Source: Antedon mediterranea (Eukaryota; Animalia; Echinodermata). From it: a DNA stretch of 64,000 nucleotides. The position numbers and the translations under genes were made by a program. The stretch covers positions 11,938,948 through 12,002,947 of the forward strand of contig NC_092673.1 of NCBI RefSeq assembly GCF_964355755.1, given 5' to 3'. Below the pieces are notes generated by a model. That model saw only the letters and a program-made list of their open reading frames with translations. It ran no database searches and had not been told where the DNA came from. Positions 1 to 13,503 of the stretch are shown in pieces (positions within the stretch are counted from its first letter, which is position 1; each line of letters opens with the position of its first letter).

Positions 1-536
1 AAAGTCAGTGAATCTCACAAAAGACAAAAAAAAATAAATCATTTGATTCAACAATGTGAATGAATGTGGTATTTCTTATTGGGTATCACGTCAACGAATT
101 GTTAGTGAAATACTATACTATATAGGGCTTTAATTGTTCATATACTATTTATCTAAATTAATAGTTTAATGCAAAGTTTCTGACGTGTTGTGTTTGTGTG
201 TCTATGCTCATACAAAACAAATTGTTGAAATCTAAATAGTCGAAAATCGTAAATTGTATTCATTTCATTCTCACAGATGTTTAGTCTAAGGCTGTGTTTA
301 TATATTATTATGATTTTGTATCAGTCTATAGTATTGTAAAGTAGTCCTGTTCATGCTTTTTATATTTATGACTCGGATTTTCCGTTTACACAATTTTGTA
401 ATAATTTGGTTGCAGCTACAGACTGTACAGATTAGTGTACTCATAGTGTAATAATATAGTGTCTTTTTTCTCAAACTAAATTTTAACACACATATTTATG
501 AATATTAAAAAACTGTTTTGTATTTTGAGTGTATGG

Positions 537-3500
537 TCAGTATAGTATATAATAGATTGAGACTACAAAACAAAAAATAAGGGGAAAATAGGGTAAAAAA
601 ATCCAAGTTCAATTCCAAAAATTTCATTTTAGATTATCTCACTCTTCCTATCAAAATAGCAATATTTGCTTACCACAAAACGGTTCCTGTCCTGACCATT
701 GTCCCTCGGTACAGATTCGCTTATTTTCAGTTGTAAGATGTAATTGCGTTTCATTAGCACATACTATTTGAAGCTCGTAGCCTTCCTGAAAGACGTGCTG
801 TTGTGATGCGGTAAGTGGGACATCCCCTATTAGTAGAATTACGACGTCGTTTACCTCATTAGGTCTACTGCAGCTTATTTCTCTGTCAATAAGTACTATA
901 TGAAAAGGAAAAATATACAATTGTGTTCTAAAAAAATGCCATCAATTTACTATCGAGTGAATTAGAACGCACAGTGCCTACAATCAAATAAAATTAAACA
1001 TACCACCAATTGTTTTGTATTATGATACATGTTATGAAGTAGTCATAGATTCAATCTATTTACTTACCACAATTAGGGAATGGTGAGCGCGACCAATCTC
1101 CATCCACACATACACTTTCTCGAACTATTTCTCCTAAACCATCTCCCAACACGTGATCAGGATCACATACAAGCTCTATATGATAACCGTGATCAATTAA
1201 GGTACCAGGATAAAGTGGAATTGTGCTTGCCTGATTAAACTCGTAAAATGAACCATTGTCGAGGTTCGGTATTATACAACTTCTTGGTACTTCAGGCATT
1301 GTGGAAGTTACTGGAGCCAGTGTCGTTGTTTCTAAAAAAATAGAAAACGGACTCTTAATGATGACAAGCTAAATTAATTACAAGAATTGTTATTACTTGA
1401 ATAGGCTATTCCGTGTCTATGTTCAATTCTCCTTCATAATTATGTACGCGTATGAAACGCTGCTACACAAGTTTTTGACGATTCTATTTTTGACGTGATA
1501 TCTTCATTCATCACATGTACTCCATCGTCATAGTTTTCAGTTGTCGTGAGCGTTGGGCAATTAGTCGATGCAATTTAGTTGATGTAATTTACCCGATATT
1601 TATCACATCAAAAAATCGGACAAAATTTGGCGTCGATTCAATATTCATTAATAAAGTAAAACATTGAATAGTCTAAAACTTTCTATAACGTTCTTACCAA
1701 AAAACATTTGCTTGATTGATTGCAACCATTCATGATGTCGATATATTCGTACATAAACCCCTGGAATTCCATCTCGAGCACATCCAACTCCCCAGCTAAC
1801 AAGGCCAACTAACTTCCATTCACCGGTTTCATAATCCTGTAACAACATTTCTTGATTGTTTCTATGTAATATATGCTATTCATTGCGGTAACTTTAACAA
1901 TAGTTAGCATGGAAGTACTGTACTGATTTGTTAACGATATCATCGAACATACATCAATTTTGATCACGATCATGTCACAGAATGGTTACAAAAATAGAAA
2001 ATGACGGATTCAGACACACGTAAACAGCAAAGGATTTTCAACAAGAATTTTTTTCCACAAAATGGACGAAGTTCAAAATATCTAAATTGTGTTTTAATTA
2101 GTGATACAGCACACTATGTTAGACTTTCCCCAAGTCTGTATTAATTCATTGTCTTTTTTTGTATTTATTTATTTTTATTTCGATTTTCGAGTATCCAACA
2201 TCAAGTAGTATACTTATGAAACGCCATATGTGCCAAAACATTTATCTTTTTACTAATATTAAGTAAAAAACTCCGTCTGGGACCCAGAATACACATATGT
2301 ATACATTGTGTTTGTATTAAAAAGTTGTGATTAAAAAAAAACATAATAAAAAAAATCGCCAAAAAATTTATTTCGAAGCGGTTTAAGAAACATTTCTGTG
2401 AAGAATATTCCAGTGTTTTTTTAGATAAGATGACTTACAGATTTTGACCGACCATTTTCATATGATAAAAGCTTTAAAAATGACTAAACCACCTGATCAT
2501 GAACAGTAAAATACCATTAGCTGGAGAATTTAGATGCCCGTTGCGTTAAAAACGCCGAAAAATATCGTGCATAGCCATAATTATACGTTATTTTGGCCAC
2601 CGGCCACTTTTCCCGGTCCCGAGGGTGGCCGCGTACGAGGGTTCAACTGTATTGATTTTTACATTTTAAAAATATCAAGAAAAAACAAAACAATTTCAAT
2701 ACAGAAAATAGAGTTGTATTTCAATACAAAAAAAATTATTATGAATTGCCAACTCCAGACTTCATCACATGAGGAGACTTACTAGTCAACAATTTGTTTT
2801 GATCGCTTTGTAAATGAGACATCTTATTATCTTTAAATCAACAATTATTGTTCGTGTAAATTATTAAAAATCCAAATATGCCGTTATTTTAGGTATAGGC
2901 CTAATGCTAATTAGTAAGAAAATAATGTAATGTAATATATCACCAGCTTACGGCGTTTAATTCCTATTTAAATATATCTCTATGGAAAGAAAGACCATTT
3001 GAAGTTTTATTAATGCAATGGAGAAAAATCACCACACCAATGTCATGTAAAGGCGTCAGTAGAGTGTTTAAAACATATTATTTTTTTCTTCTGTTTTCCT
3101 TATGTGCTGTGATCTCATGATTCGATTATACGACATGTTAAACAAAAAGAGTTACTCAGATAAATTGAAACCATATTGTGGAGAGAACAACTGAAGATAA
3201 AATATTGTTCATAAGATTTTACTCAACTGTATTAAAGAGGAGAAAACAAATTAATGATGATTATGTTGTAGCCACTAAAATCATTACTATATAATACTAT
3301 TTGTTGATTAATTAATTCAATTCAATTCAAATAATCTTTATTGCAATCTAAGTAAACAAAGATTGAATTTTAGATAGATAAAAAAAACACATTATAGTGA
3401 TATCACATAGAGTAGTTATTGAAAAAGAATATAATGCTACAACAATTTGTTAATGATTTAAATAAAATTTTAAAAAACTGCCGTTTTTTCATAGTATGAA

Positions 3501-6500
3501 GAACCACTTGCATTTGATTATATATATTATTAGTATAAATTCTAAAACAACGCCTCGTTAAATATAACATTCATAATTGTATAATTATTCCAGTAAAAGA
3601 ATGGTTGAACCTAGAACAAATTGCAACATATTTTTGTTTTACCTGGTTGATATGTTCCAAATGAGCATCATATCCAAAGTTTAACAAAATCAAACATCGA
3701 AAAGTGGGTTAATTAGCATATATTCAAAATGGCCGCCATTTGCTATTTTAAAGCCCCATATCTCCTTAACGGTTGGATTTAGACAATCTAAGTGCATTAC
3801 GAGTAGATATAAATGTGATATTAAACATTCTAATTAGCATATTTAAATTCCCATATGACGTACATATGATGTCATATGGTAGTTGTGACGTCATACATTA
3901 TGTTATAACTGCTTAAATGACTTTATATTATGCGAACAATTTAGAAACTGCAGGAAAACAAGTTTTTTAACGTTCTCCTTGTAGAAATGAACATCATTTT
4001 CAAAGTTTACCATAATCGGACGTCATGAAGTGGGTTAATTAGCATAAATGGCCACTATTTACTATACCATTTTGAAGCTCTGTATCTCCTTAACGGTTGT
4101 TTTAGACCACCTAAGTGCATTGCGGGTAGATATAGATGTGATATTTCCCAAGTAGCACATTTAAATTACCATATGACGTAACTATGACGTCATTGAACCA
4201 TATTTACCAGACAAAACAAAACAAAATTCTGTTGCAATTTTTTCTAGGTTCATCCTATTTTTGACTTAGGCCTATCTTTACTGGACTCAATATTTCGTAA
4301 TTTACCTGGTATGTAACTGGACCACCACTATCACCATTACACGCATCTTCTCCTGTATTACCTCCCATGCAAAACATGTTGTCAGTGATATCGCCTGTAT
4401 GTGCTATACGGCATGTTCGCTGGCTAACCACAGGTAACTCAACCTAAACCATATACATAGGGTAATTTAAGTGGTAAGAATTACTTTTATGACACTAGAA
4501 CAGCTATGAATCTAATAATAATAATAATAAGACAGATTTCTGTGCACACGCACAGAATGTCATTTATACTCGATAACTTCATGGAAGAATCCCTAATCTT
4601 AGAGCATACAACAGTTTAATATAAACTGCTAATGTGGAATGCTTTACATTAACATTGAAAATGCACCTTTTTTAAAAATCTTGATAGTTCACCGCCTTCC
4701 CGAAGTCTACCCCATCCAACAACAGTAAAAATATTATCCGGTATAATTAGACTCTCTGCTGAATCAGGCTCTGGTAGACATACTAATATAATATAAAAAT
4801 AACTCATAAAAGACATAGCATGAAGGTGTTACTAAGCACAACGAATACATAGGACCACTTCGGCTAAATCGAAAAAAAGTTTAGGACACCAAAAACATCT
4901 CATCCAAAAATTCCCTGAATCGTAGTATTCTTAAATATAACAATTTTCTATCCCCACAAAATCTCAGACCCACAATTGCATGGTTTATCAATATTCCCAA
5001 TGGCAGATCTTTATCCTCCCTAATTAACGCGTCAAATAGCCAAAATTGTTTACTTACTTTTACGATATGACCAGCAATTTATTCAGCAGTTAAAGAGATA
5101 TGATTTCAACCTAATACGGCATCATTGTTCATTACCGACCCTAAACCTCATCTCACTCACCCCGTGGAGTCCAAGCCTTTGCAAAGGGTAGGATTAGGAC
5201 ATGGCGAATCTTTGCACAAGCCTCGGATATGACCCTGACATTGTAGTTTTAGGAATAAAATATTTACTCAAAATCACTACATGTAGTAACGAAAACTCCC
5301 ATAACCTAGAATAATGTATGTGCAGTATTTAGACTACCAAGATGCAAAGTATTTACAGGAGTTAATAAGATATTACTTTTAGAAAAAAACAATTACTTAA
5401 ACAATAAAATGACACTATGGGCTATAATAATTGTTTTAGGCCTACCTGGTATAACGTTGTCGGTAAAAGTAGCATCTCTGTCAAGTCGAACCAAAGCAAT
5501 ATCATTATAAAGTGCATCCAGATCAAAATCGGGATGTAAAAATACACGTTCAACTCCAAACGATTGTTCATGCGATTCAATTATTTCTCTGTTATGCTTT
5601 CCTAATCGAACAGTAAGTCCACTAGCATCTGTTACGTATGCATAAACACAATGTCCTGCAGTCAGAACCCATCTTTCATCAATTAATGCACCACCACAAA
5701 AGTGATCATTAAATGGTGATTGTGTGAAAGACACTGCCCATGGGACAGCCCCTCGTCGAACCAGATCACCACCAACTATTCTGTAATCCTGAAATATAGG
5801 TCTACCACACACGTAATCATCTGAAATGTTATGTAAACTATGTTATATTATACAATGACGTACATTCTGTTTAGCTAAATTGTAAGAATGATAATAAATT
5901 ATAATGTAAGCATAATAATAAGCAAATCCATTAATAAATGTGTTAGATAGGCCTATAGGCCTACAGTATTCCACTACCACACACTAAGTTTGATAGTTAT
6001 TGTATTATCCGTGAGGTATACCTATGCGGGTACAAGATGGAACGGCTCCAGACCACATTCCGTCTGGTTGGCATGTTCTTTCCATAAGAGTTTGATTAAA
6101 CAAACGGTAACCGTCACGACAAAAGTACGTTGCAGTAGCTCCTACAGTCCGTGTGGAAGGTTCCACATCAACAAATACCCCGTTGTCATTGTCGTCGAAA
6201 AGTTCTTCGCATATGACTATGAAAACAAGATTACGTTATTAATGATTATCTATAATAAACACAATAATTACCATTAATTTAAAAAGATTAAAGATTTCAC
6301 TACCAGATGGATACATTCAAACAGGATTTAAAACAATGTCTTCTTAATCCGATATTTTTTTTAAAGTGATTTAAAAAACATATTTTCAGTAATAATTCAA
6401 CATTTATTAGTTTCTATCAATGGTATAACAATACAATAAAAAAAGAATGATAATTTATTCTTTTTTACACTATATCTTTAAAGTAGTAATGTAATAATAT

Positions 6501-9500
6501 ACTACTAATTCGACTACATACTAATAATGAAATGAAAACAAAAATATAATTTAATGCTTGCGCTTTTAGTTAGAGCCTGGAGGTGATTCTATAACGAATG
6601 CATTGTGAAAGGATGAAGAAGATAAAGGAGCTGTTCATGTGATATTTTGGTACTGATATGCTATTATCTTACCAGCTTTAATGCACACCGGAGAAGTTCC
6701 GGTCCATTGTCGGTCTCCTCGGCAAATACGGACTTCGTCACCTTCATCTGATAGCATGTAGCCAGTGGAACATGAAAAAGTAGCTATTGCTCCAAACCGA
6801 ATAGGCAAAGGCGCTACTTCAACTTTTAAGATACCAGATGAGTTGAACTCTTTACAATATTCAGTTCTTTCTGTGTTACAAGAAATAATGATAATTATTA
6901 TTAGGACGATCTGGCCAGGAAACCAAGGTGACAGGCCAAATTAAGCTCCGGGTAAAAATAGTTATTTTTACACTATATTACACTGTAAAACCAGAATCAA
7001 GTAAGTAATACTGATTTACTTAAAGATTCTGAACAAAACGACGTTTGTCGATTGGTATATTACGATAATATACTCAAGTTTAAAGTGTAAAATCAAACGT
7101 AGCAGAATGGCTACATACCAACCGAAAACTCCCGCCGCGGGTGCTATGAGCAACGGAGTAAACAAATCCGGTAGGCAAACAACAAGGAGGTGTGAAGCCT
7201 GTGTTTTTAAAAGCAGACCAAATTCCAGCCGATCTATGCATTACATTAACAAAAAGTATACCCGCCGATCACATCGAATTCATGTCAATGATAGGAAAGA
7301 CAGAGTGCAACTAATAACTAACGGTATAAACATAAGACATTGTCAATTATCAAGAGGTCTCCGACAAGGATGCCCTTTCTTACCATACTGATTTATATTG
7401 TGTGCCGAAATATTGTCTTCTCATATTCGCCACAACCCAAGAATTAAAGGTGTTACAATTAATAATCGAGAAATTAAACTAATGCAATATGCCGACGATA
7501 CAGTTATTCTCGATGGTCTTAAAGAGTCTATTTTGGGCACTATGAAAGTTCTTGAAAATGTTGCCAATATTTTTGGATTAAAAATATATCAAGGTAAAAC
7601 ACAAGTGATGTGTATAGGATCGGATTAACAGACCTACTAAAATTTGAAGAGGATACCAAACTAAAAAAACTTAATGGACAAAAGGTCCGATACTTGGAGT
7701 TAAATTTACCCTTGATCCTTCGGATCTGTTTACTCTGAACCTATTACCTCAGCTTGACAATTTTCTTTTTTAGAAACCTTGAATAAATTCAATTTAGGTA
7801 TGTCATTTGTGAACTGGGTAAAAGCGCTGTATAACAATTGTATATTCACAAATAATAGTTGGCAATCAGAAAGTTGTGTTATGCATCAGGGTATTAGGCA
7901 TACCCTGGCATACCAGGGTATTAGGCATACCCTGGCATACCAGGGTATTAAGCAAGGATGTCCCTTGTCTGCTCTACTGTTTATTTTAGTAGCTGAAGTT
8001 CTAGCTACAAAAATAAGAACATGTGATATAATCAAAGGCCTGATTGTTAAAAGATATAAGATTGCACAGCTGCAGATGACGCTGTATTTTTTCTAAAGGA
8101 CGTAAATAAATTAAATAGTTGATGCATTGGAGAATACCCTAAAAAAGAATTACTATTGTAAACACATTAGCGCCCTAAAAAAATATATACAATTCCAGCA
8201 TTTTACTAGTACCAGAAAAGGTAATAAAAGAGGCGGAAAAATTAATTTGGGAAACTAAGTAAGAAAAAATAAAAGGAAAAACCATGTGCGCCAATTACAG
8301 TCAAGGTGGTCTAAAAATGGTAGATTTCAGATCTCGGGTAATATCTTTCCAAGTTAAATGGTACAGGAGACTGTATGAAAACGATGACGCCAAATGGAAA
8401 TATTTACCAACATTGTATATATAGAAAAAATGCCATATACATGGCTGCAGTCGCGTGCTCAAATTTGAGTTAGTGTTTACCGACCGACCGACCGACATAG
8501 TGAGCTATAGAGTCGCGTTGCACGCGACTAAAATATGCCCAAAATCAATAACCTCAAATATATCAAAAGTGTCGTGTAATCTCTAGGTTATTAATTCTAT
8601 CTCAGTAGCTAATGCTTGTAATAATATATTAAATAAGAAACCAATATAGGCTACCGTATGATGATATTATTAATTAATCAATCACTATGGGGTAATGCGC
8701 TTATATGTATTAAAAAGAAGATGATATAGATCAGTTTTTAAAAGTAAGATGTAATAAATAATAATGTGTTTAAGTCTGCGATAGAGATAGAAAGAGGGTT
8801 AAGATGTACACAAAATTGGATTAGCGAATATTGAAAGCCATTCCACAAGAATGGAAATGTATTTTAAAAATCAACATGTGACATTAATGTAAATGATATA
8901 CTTATTAGGACTTCTAGTCCATGCATATACACAGGACCGTTTAAAATTAATGTTTCTGTGTCTGTTTTGTAGAGTTGCATATGTATAAATCCAAATGTAG
9001 AAAAATTTCAATGCTGTGAGTATCAAAAGTACTAAGTAAGATAATAAATGAATATATAATTGCAAAATGACAAAGTTAAACAGTAAATTTGCATTTTATA
9101 TGTGTGTTTTTTTTGTAAGATGTTTATGTATAAGTAGTTAAATGTGTATTTATCAAATGCAGTTCGGATAAAAATAGTCTAGGAAATGGAATATCGGGTG
9201 TGTGGGGTCTGTTTTTTTAGAATTATTAATAATAAAGTGAAGTGTGACTATCTTATACAAACTCTCCAAAAAATATTCGATAGTGTTCATTAACTGATCC
9301 CTCAAAGCTATACAGCGTATTACAAAAACAACCCTTTTAGAGGACTCGTAAGGTAAGTTTTAAGGAGAAATATATTTAAAAGTAGGTTAGATCAAATATT
9401 ATCATTTTAGTGCATGGATAATTGGATTGTCAACACATTTTTATAACCTATCAATAAAACCTATAATTGCAGTCGTACAGAAATATGACGTATGAGATTC

Positions 9501-11255
9501 TTATAGCAAATTAATCGTCATGATTTTTAGGCTAAATGTAACTTAAGGTTTAAATTTTCAGTAGACAGCAGTGCCATTTTATTTGAAAATTACTCAAAAC
9601 ATTTTCATATTATAGATGATGATAGGTAAAACAATAGAATGTATTGTGTGTCAACCTATCCCCTCATCTTTCAATGTTATTGAATATCTAATAAATGGCC
9701 ATATTTTATTTTGGAAGTCATTACCATGGCATCAAAAAATCGTTTAAAAAATGCGGTTGTAGTTAAGCCTAACATAATACACTTAATCTTCAGGACGCCC
9801 GCATGTTGACGTTTCTCCACTTTTACAGGAAGAACCAACTCAAGTGGTTAAGCAGATTGATAAAGTCAAAAGCGATGTCCAACCACTAAAAATCTTCTTC
9901 ATAATTGAAGAGGTCCGGTTCAAAAATCACTTACTGACGGTGTAAATAAGAAATTTAAAAAACCGCACAAATATATAAACCTAGAAATATAGGTTAATGC
10001 TAAAATGACTAAGTCTAGTTTATGAATTTAAACAAATTAAACAAAAAAATTTTACAAATTTGCTTACGAGTTAATATACATGTCCGTCCACATATACCGT
10101 CACATACGCACTCTCTACGAGCGTTGTCGCATGATCTAGTCACTTCGCATTGCTGTGCTGCACAGCCTCGTCCTGTGGCCAATAAAGCTACTTCGTCTCT
10201 AATGCAATCTTGAGCTTAAATTAAATCAAAACGTAACATATAATGCTATTGTTTTTTTTCCTTTATCTAAATATGAAATAGCAAAGCTGTAACAAAACTG
10301 TACATATTTAAAGTGTATAGGACTAAATATTTTTTTCTGTTGTAAAATTTGTTTAATTAATTATTAATTAATGTGACTATGGCCTTTCTGATAAAATTTT
10401 CTCCAAACTTTCATAAACAAAAATAAAATAAATATTAGTATTAACAAAATTATGTAGGTCATGTTGTGACGTCATCAATATACTATTAGATAAAGATTAA
10501 GTCAAATAAGTTGTACTACTTTACTTTTTTTGTCGACCTTGGACCATGTAAATTCGTCATTATGAATCATTTAATATGATATAATCAAAACAATTATTGA
10601 TGTAAAAGAACAAGGGGAACAAACAAAAAATATGATGAATGTTATAAATCATGTTTGAAAATTGCATAAAACAAGAACTGATAAGAGGAGGAGAGAAATA
10701 ATTATACATATTAGTTCTTAGTAAACGGAAAAAAAGTTATTGTCTGTCACATCAAATTACGATACATCTATATTAATGATACGATTACGGTATATTCTGT
10801 CATTCAGTTTAGTTATTTTTGTACTTATAAATGTAAAATAGAGTTTAATTTATTTTAAATATCTTTGAAAAGGAGAAAAATCAGTACCGTATAATATGTG
10901 ATTGGAATATTTTAAATACAATTTTAATCTACAGATTTTATAAATATCACATAAATTAAGACTATCCAATTTAAATAAAAAGACGTTCATAATGAGCATT
11001 ATCATTCACATTCACATTATATGAAACAAGGGGAGAGAAATCTATTCAAATCATCAGCGGTTTCACTGTAACTTATTCTGATAACAATTACAATAGCCGA
11101 GTAGTGCGGCCTCCTCAATTTTGTATCCACCTTAATATAATGCGTATCTTAAATCGTACTCATAGGCCTACTCTACTTAGGCCTACTCTATTTAACTTAC
11201 CCCAACATGGAAACGTTGACAATAAACAATAAGACACTAATAACACGGCTAACAT
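537..11255 (-). CDS. Secreted modular trypsin-like serine protease (signal peptide, WAP-like Cys domain, 2 CCP, protease, Thr-rich linker, 2 CCP); 11 coding exons, ~624 aa
   Basis: Minus-strand exons: 11255-11201 (MLAVLLVSYCLLSTFPCW), 10214-10068 (Cys-rich, ...ECVCDGICGRTC), 6870-6673 (CCP), 6216-6022 (CCP), 5820-5446 (CGRP..R|IVGG..LTAGHC..YNDIAL), 4782-4667 (VCLP..VVGWG), 4443-4306 (MFC..EDACNGDSGGP), 1836-1698 (GLVSWGVGCA..PGVY), 1331-1068 (linker + CCP), 895-674 (CCP; alternative in-frame acceptor at 880), 562-537 (VSIYYILY*). All introns are GT-AG, phases agree, total 1875 nt. The catalytic triad and the S1 Asp are intact. The short last exon is the least certain. Confidence 0.9.
2188..2288 (-). 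repeat. Fragment of the dispersed repeat family also found at 56353 and 59592
   Basis: The reverse complement reads TCTGGGTCCCAGACGGAGTTTTTTACTTAATATTAGTAAAAAGATAAATG..GGCACATATGGCGTTTCATA, matching 56357-56450. Confidence 0.75.
2595..2649. mobile_element. Orphan Tc1/mariner-type MITE terminus
   Basis: GC-rich ...GGTGGCCGCGTACGAGGGTTCAACTG followed by TA, which is a TA|CAGT-type end on the other strand. No partner end was found. Confidence 0.45.
3603..4256. mobile_element. Degenerate MITE-like element in a protease intron
   Basis: Inverted ends GGTTGAACCTAGAACAAATTGCAACA / TGTTGCAATTTTTTCTAGGTTCATCC. There is an internal direct duplication (GTGGGTTAATTAGCATA...TATCTCCTTAACGGTT at ~3703 and ~4029). 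Confidence 0.6.
7290..8420 (+). mobile_element. Degenerate L1/Tx1-like LINE reverse-transcriptase fragments (two RT-core pieces)
   Basis: Translations SRGLRQGCP, IKGVTINNREIKLMQYADD, FGLKIY and, separately, FVNWVKALY...GIKQGCPLSALLFILVAEVL, then GGLKMVDF. The region has stops, frameshifts and a 27-bp internal tandem duplication at ~7887-7950. Confidence 0.85.
8450..8533 (-). mobile_element. Helentron-associated (HINE/DINE-1-like) terminus
   Basis: An (ACCG)n microsatellite is followed by the terminal hairpin AGTCGCGTTGCACGCGACT and AAAA. It truncates the LINE fragment. Confidence 0.55.
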
Positions 11256-11814
11256 AGCTCCACTCTTCAAAATACTACAGTTATAAAATAGGATGACAGT
11301 TAAACATCGAGCAGATATTTCGAGTCTAGAGATCTTTTTCCTAAGTCAGTAAAAACTTAAATGACCTCCACATGTCCTGGTTGTTTGTATTTAGTACAAA
11401 TGCCCGGATGTTAGACGGATTAAAGTTTATATCCGTGAAAGTTTACCGTAATATAAACTTAATCATAGGCCTACTCTTGTTATACACAGTTATTAGCGTT
11501 GGTTACACAGCCTTTAGTAAAGTATGCTTTCGATGGAACATAGGCCTAATGATGCATTGCTGATACTATTTGTAAACGTCGGAAGAACAGTTTATTAATT
11601 CACCCCATTACTACAATGTAAGTTTCATAAGTAAATATCCTGTATTTGCTCTTCTGTTCCTTAGTATAATTATTTAAAAATAATAATTGATATTTGCCTT
11701 TTTGTTGTCTTTCTATTATGACTTCAAATTAAGTAAGACTGCGGTGTTATTATGTTGATATCAACTTGTTTGCGGTACACCACGTACATTATTTCTGAAA
11801 AAGGACTGTTGAGT

Positions 11815-12330
11815 TTGAATTTTGTCCAAAATTAGGAAATTTCTGTTCAGAATGGGGAAATATTTTGTCCAGAATAACGGCAAAAGCGATAGGTGGCGCT
11901 ATACCGTGTCCAAAATAGCGATGCTGTCCAATATACAGAAATCCGATTTGTTCAAAATGGGGAAATTTCTGTCCAGAATGAGGAAGTTGTGTCCAAAATA
12001 GGAAAGCTGTCTAATATAAAGAAATTCGATTTGTCCAAAATGGGGAAATTTCTGTCCAGAATGGGGAAGTGCTGTTTCCAAAATAGGTTAGCTGTCCAAT
12101 ATAGAGAATTCCGATTTGTCAAAAATGGGAAAATTTTTGTCAAGAATAAGGAAGTTGTGACCAAAATAGGGAAGCTGTCCAATATAGAGAAATACAATTT
12201 GTCCAAAATGGGGACATTTCTGTCTAGAATGGGGAAGTGCTGTGTCCGAAATAGGTTAGCTGTCCAATATAGAGAATTCCGATTTGTCAAAAATGAGGAA
12301 ATTTCTGTCCAGAATAGGGAAGTGCTGTGT
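11815..12330. repeat. Tandem array of alternating 83/85-bp monomers built from ~20-bp subunits
   Basis: The GCTGTC(C/T)AATAT anchor occurs at 11923, 12006, 12091, 12174 and 12259. The subunit is TGTCCA(A/G)AATGGGGAA. Confidence 0.9.
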
Positions 12331-13317
12331 CCCACCAGACAAGGAATTACTATTATTTTTTAGCTGTTGAATTAATGGCCATAAGCATTAGAAACAATGA
12401 TAAGTGTAACGGTATAAAAGTAATCTAGATGAAGTAGCCTATTTTCGTTTTGCAAATTTGCAGTGATTGGTTCAAGTAAACAAAACCATTCGAAATTCAA
12501 TGGGTAAAAGAACCAGTCAAGTTTTAGACATTTTTGGTGGATATCGTATAACAGGGTAAATGGGTTGAACAGTTGTGTGAATCTATTTGGTAAAGTAACT
12601 GTAAATAAAATCATTATCATTGCCAATGCATTTCCACAAATGTTTTACTGATTATAACTATGAGAAAACAAATGGGAAATTTGCTTTGACATAGTAAAAG
12701 AACTATACATTTGGGAAACATGGCAAACCAAGTATGGTGTATGGTCTAAACAAATTTGCACATAAGCTTTTGCACAACAATTAGTTTGTAATGAAAATCT
12801 CCAATATCATGTATGAAATGTAATGAAAGTGTCGTTAAATGAAGAGCACACGCTAGTAAATATGTTAAAAAATGGTCTAAACTTTATAAATTGTGTAACC
12901 GTTGCTTAAAGGCAGACCAGAAATTGTAAGCAGTAGGCTACTATAGCGTCTTTAAGCATATAGATAGTTGTTGGTGGCTGCAACCGTCTTATATAGACAT
13001 GTTTATTTCAATTCTAGCATATTGTATATGCCTATAGTATAGAGCTCATATTATTAAGAGAACTGGAAATATTTGGTATTTGTTTTGTTTAGAAATCATC
13101 ACATTAAGAGAAAATAAATACCAGGTGAATAAAGAATCAGCAAAAAGAAAATTGAACGTTCTAGATTAATATGTATTAATTAGAGCATTTTTTACAAATG
13201 TAAATTAAGATACAATAATGTAACAAACACATCATATATATAATAGACAGAAAATAGAGCAAAACCAATTACCAATTTTACATATTTGTCAATAAAGCAC
13301 ACAAGAAGAAGATACAA

Positions 13318-13503
13318 GATGCAATCAAAGTAGGCCTACCATTTGGATAATAATACATTGTAAGTAAAAATATATGAGACTTGATTGTTGAGATTAAAGG
13401 TTGTAAGGTAATTAATATTGATATTATACACGATCATATATTTCTATTCATTTAACATTCAAGTAGGCCTACAGTATATCTCAGAAAGAAATGCATACTA
13501 TCA
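13318..13503 (+). repeat. ~190-bp segment duplicated at 18157-18340
   Basis: GATGCAATCAAA.TAGGCCTACCA.TTGGA...TTGTAAGGT..TTAATA...ACACGATCAT...CATACTATCA is present at both places in the same orientation. Confidence 0.75.

Noticed and set aside
8600-9070. Possible LINE 3' remnant on the minus strand
   Set aside because: No clear motif could be read in a continuous frame.
11893-12363. Repetitive ORFs of 156 and 127 aa
   Set aside because: They are translations of the 83/85-bp tandem array, with no splice context or domain.
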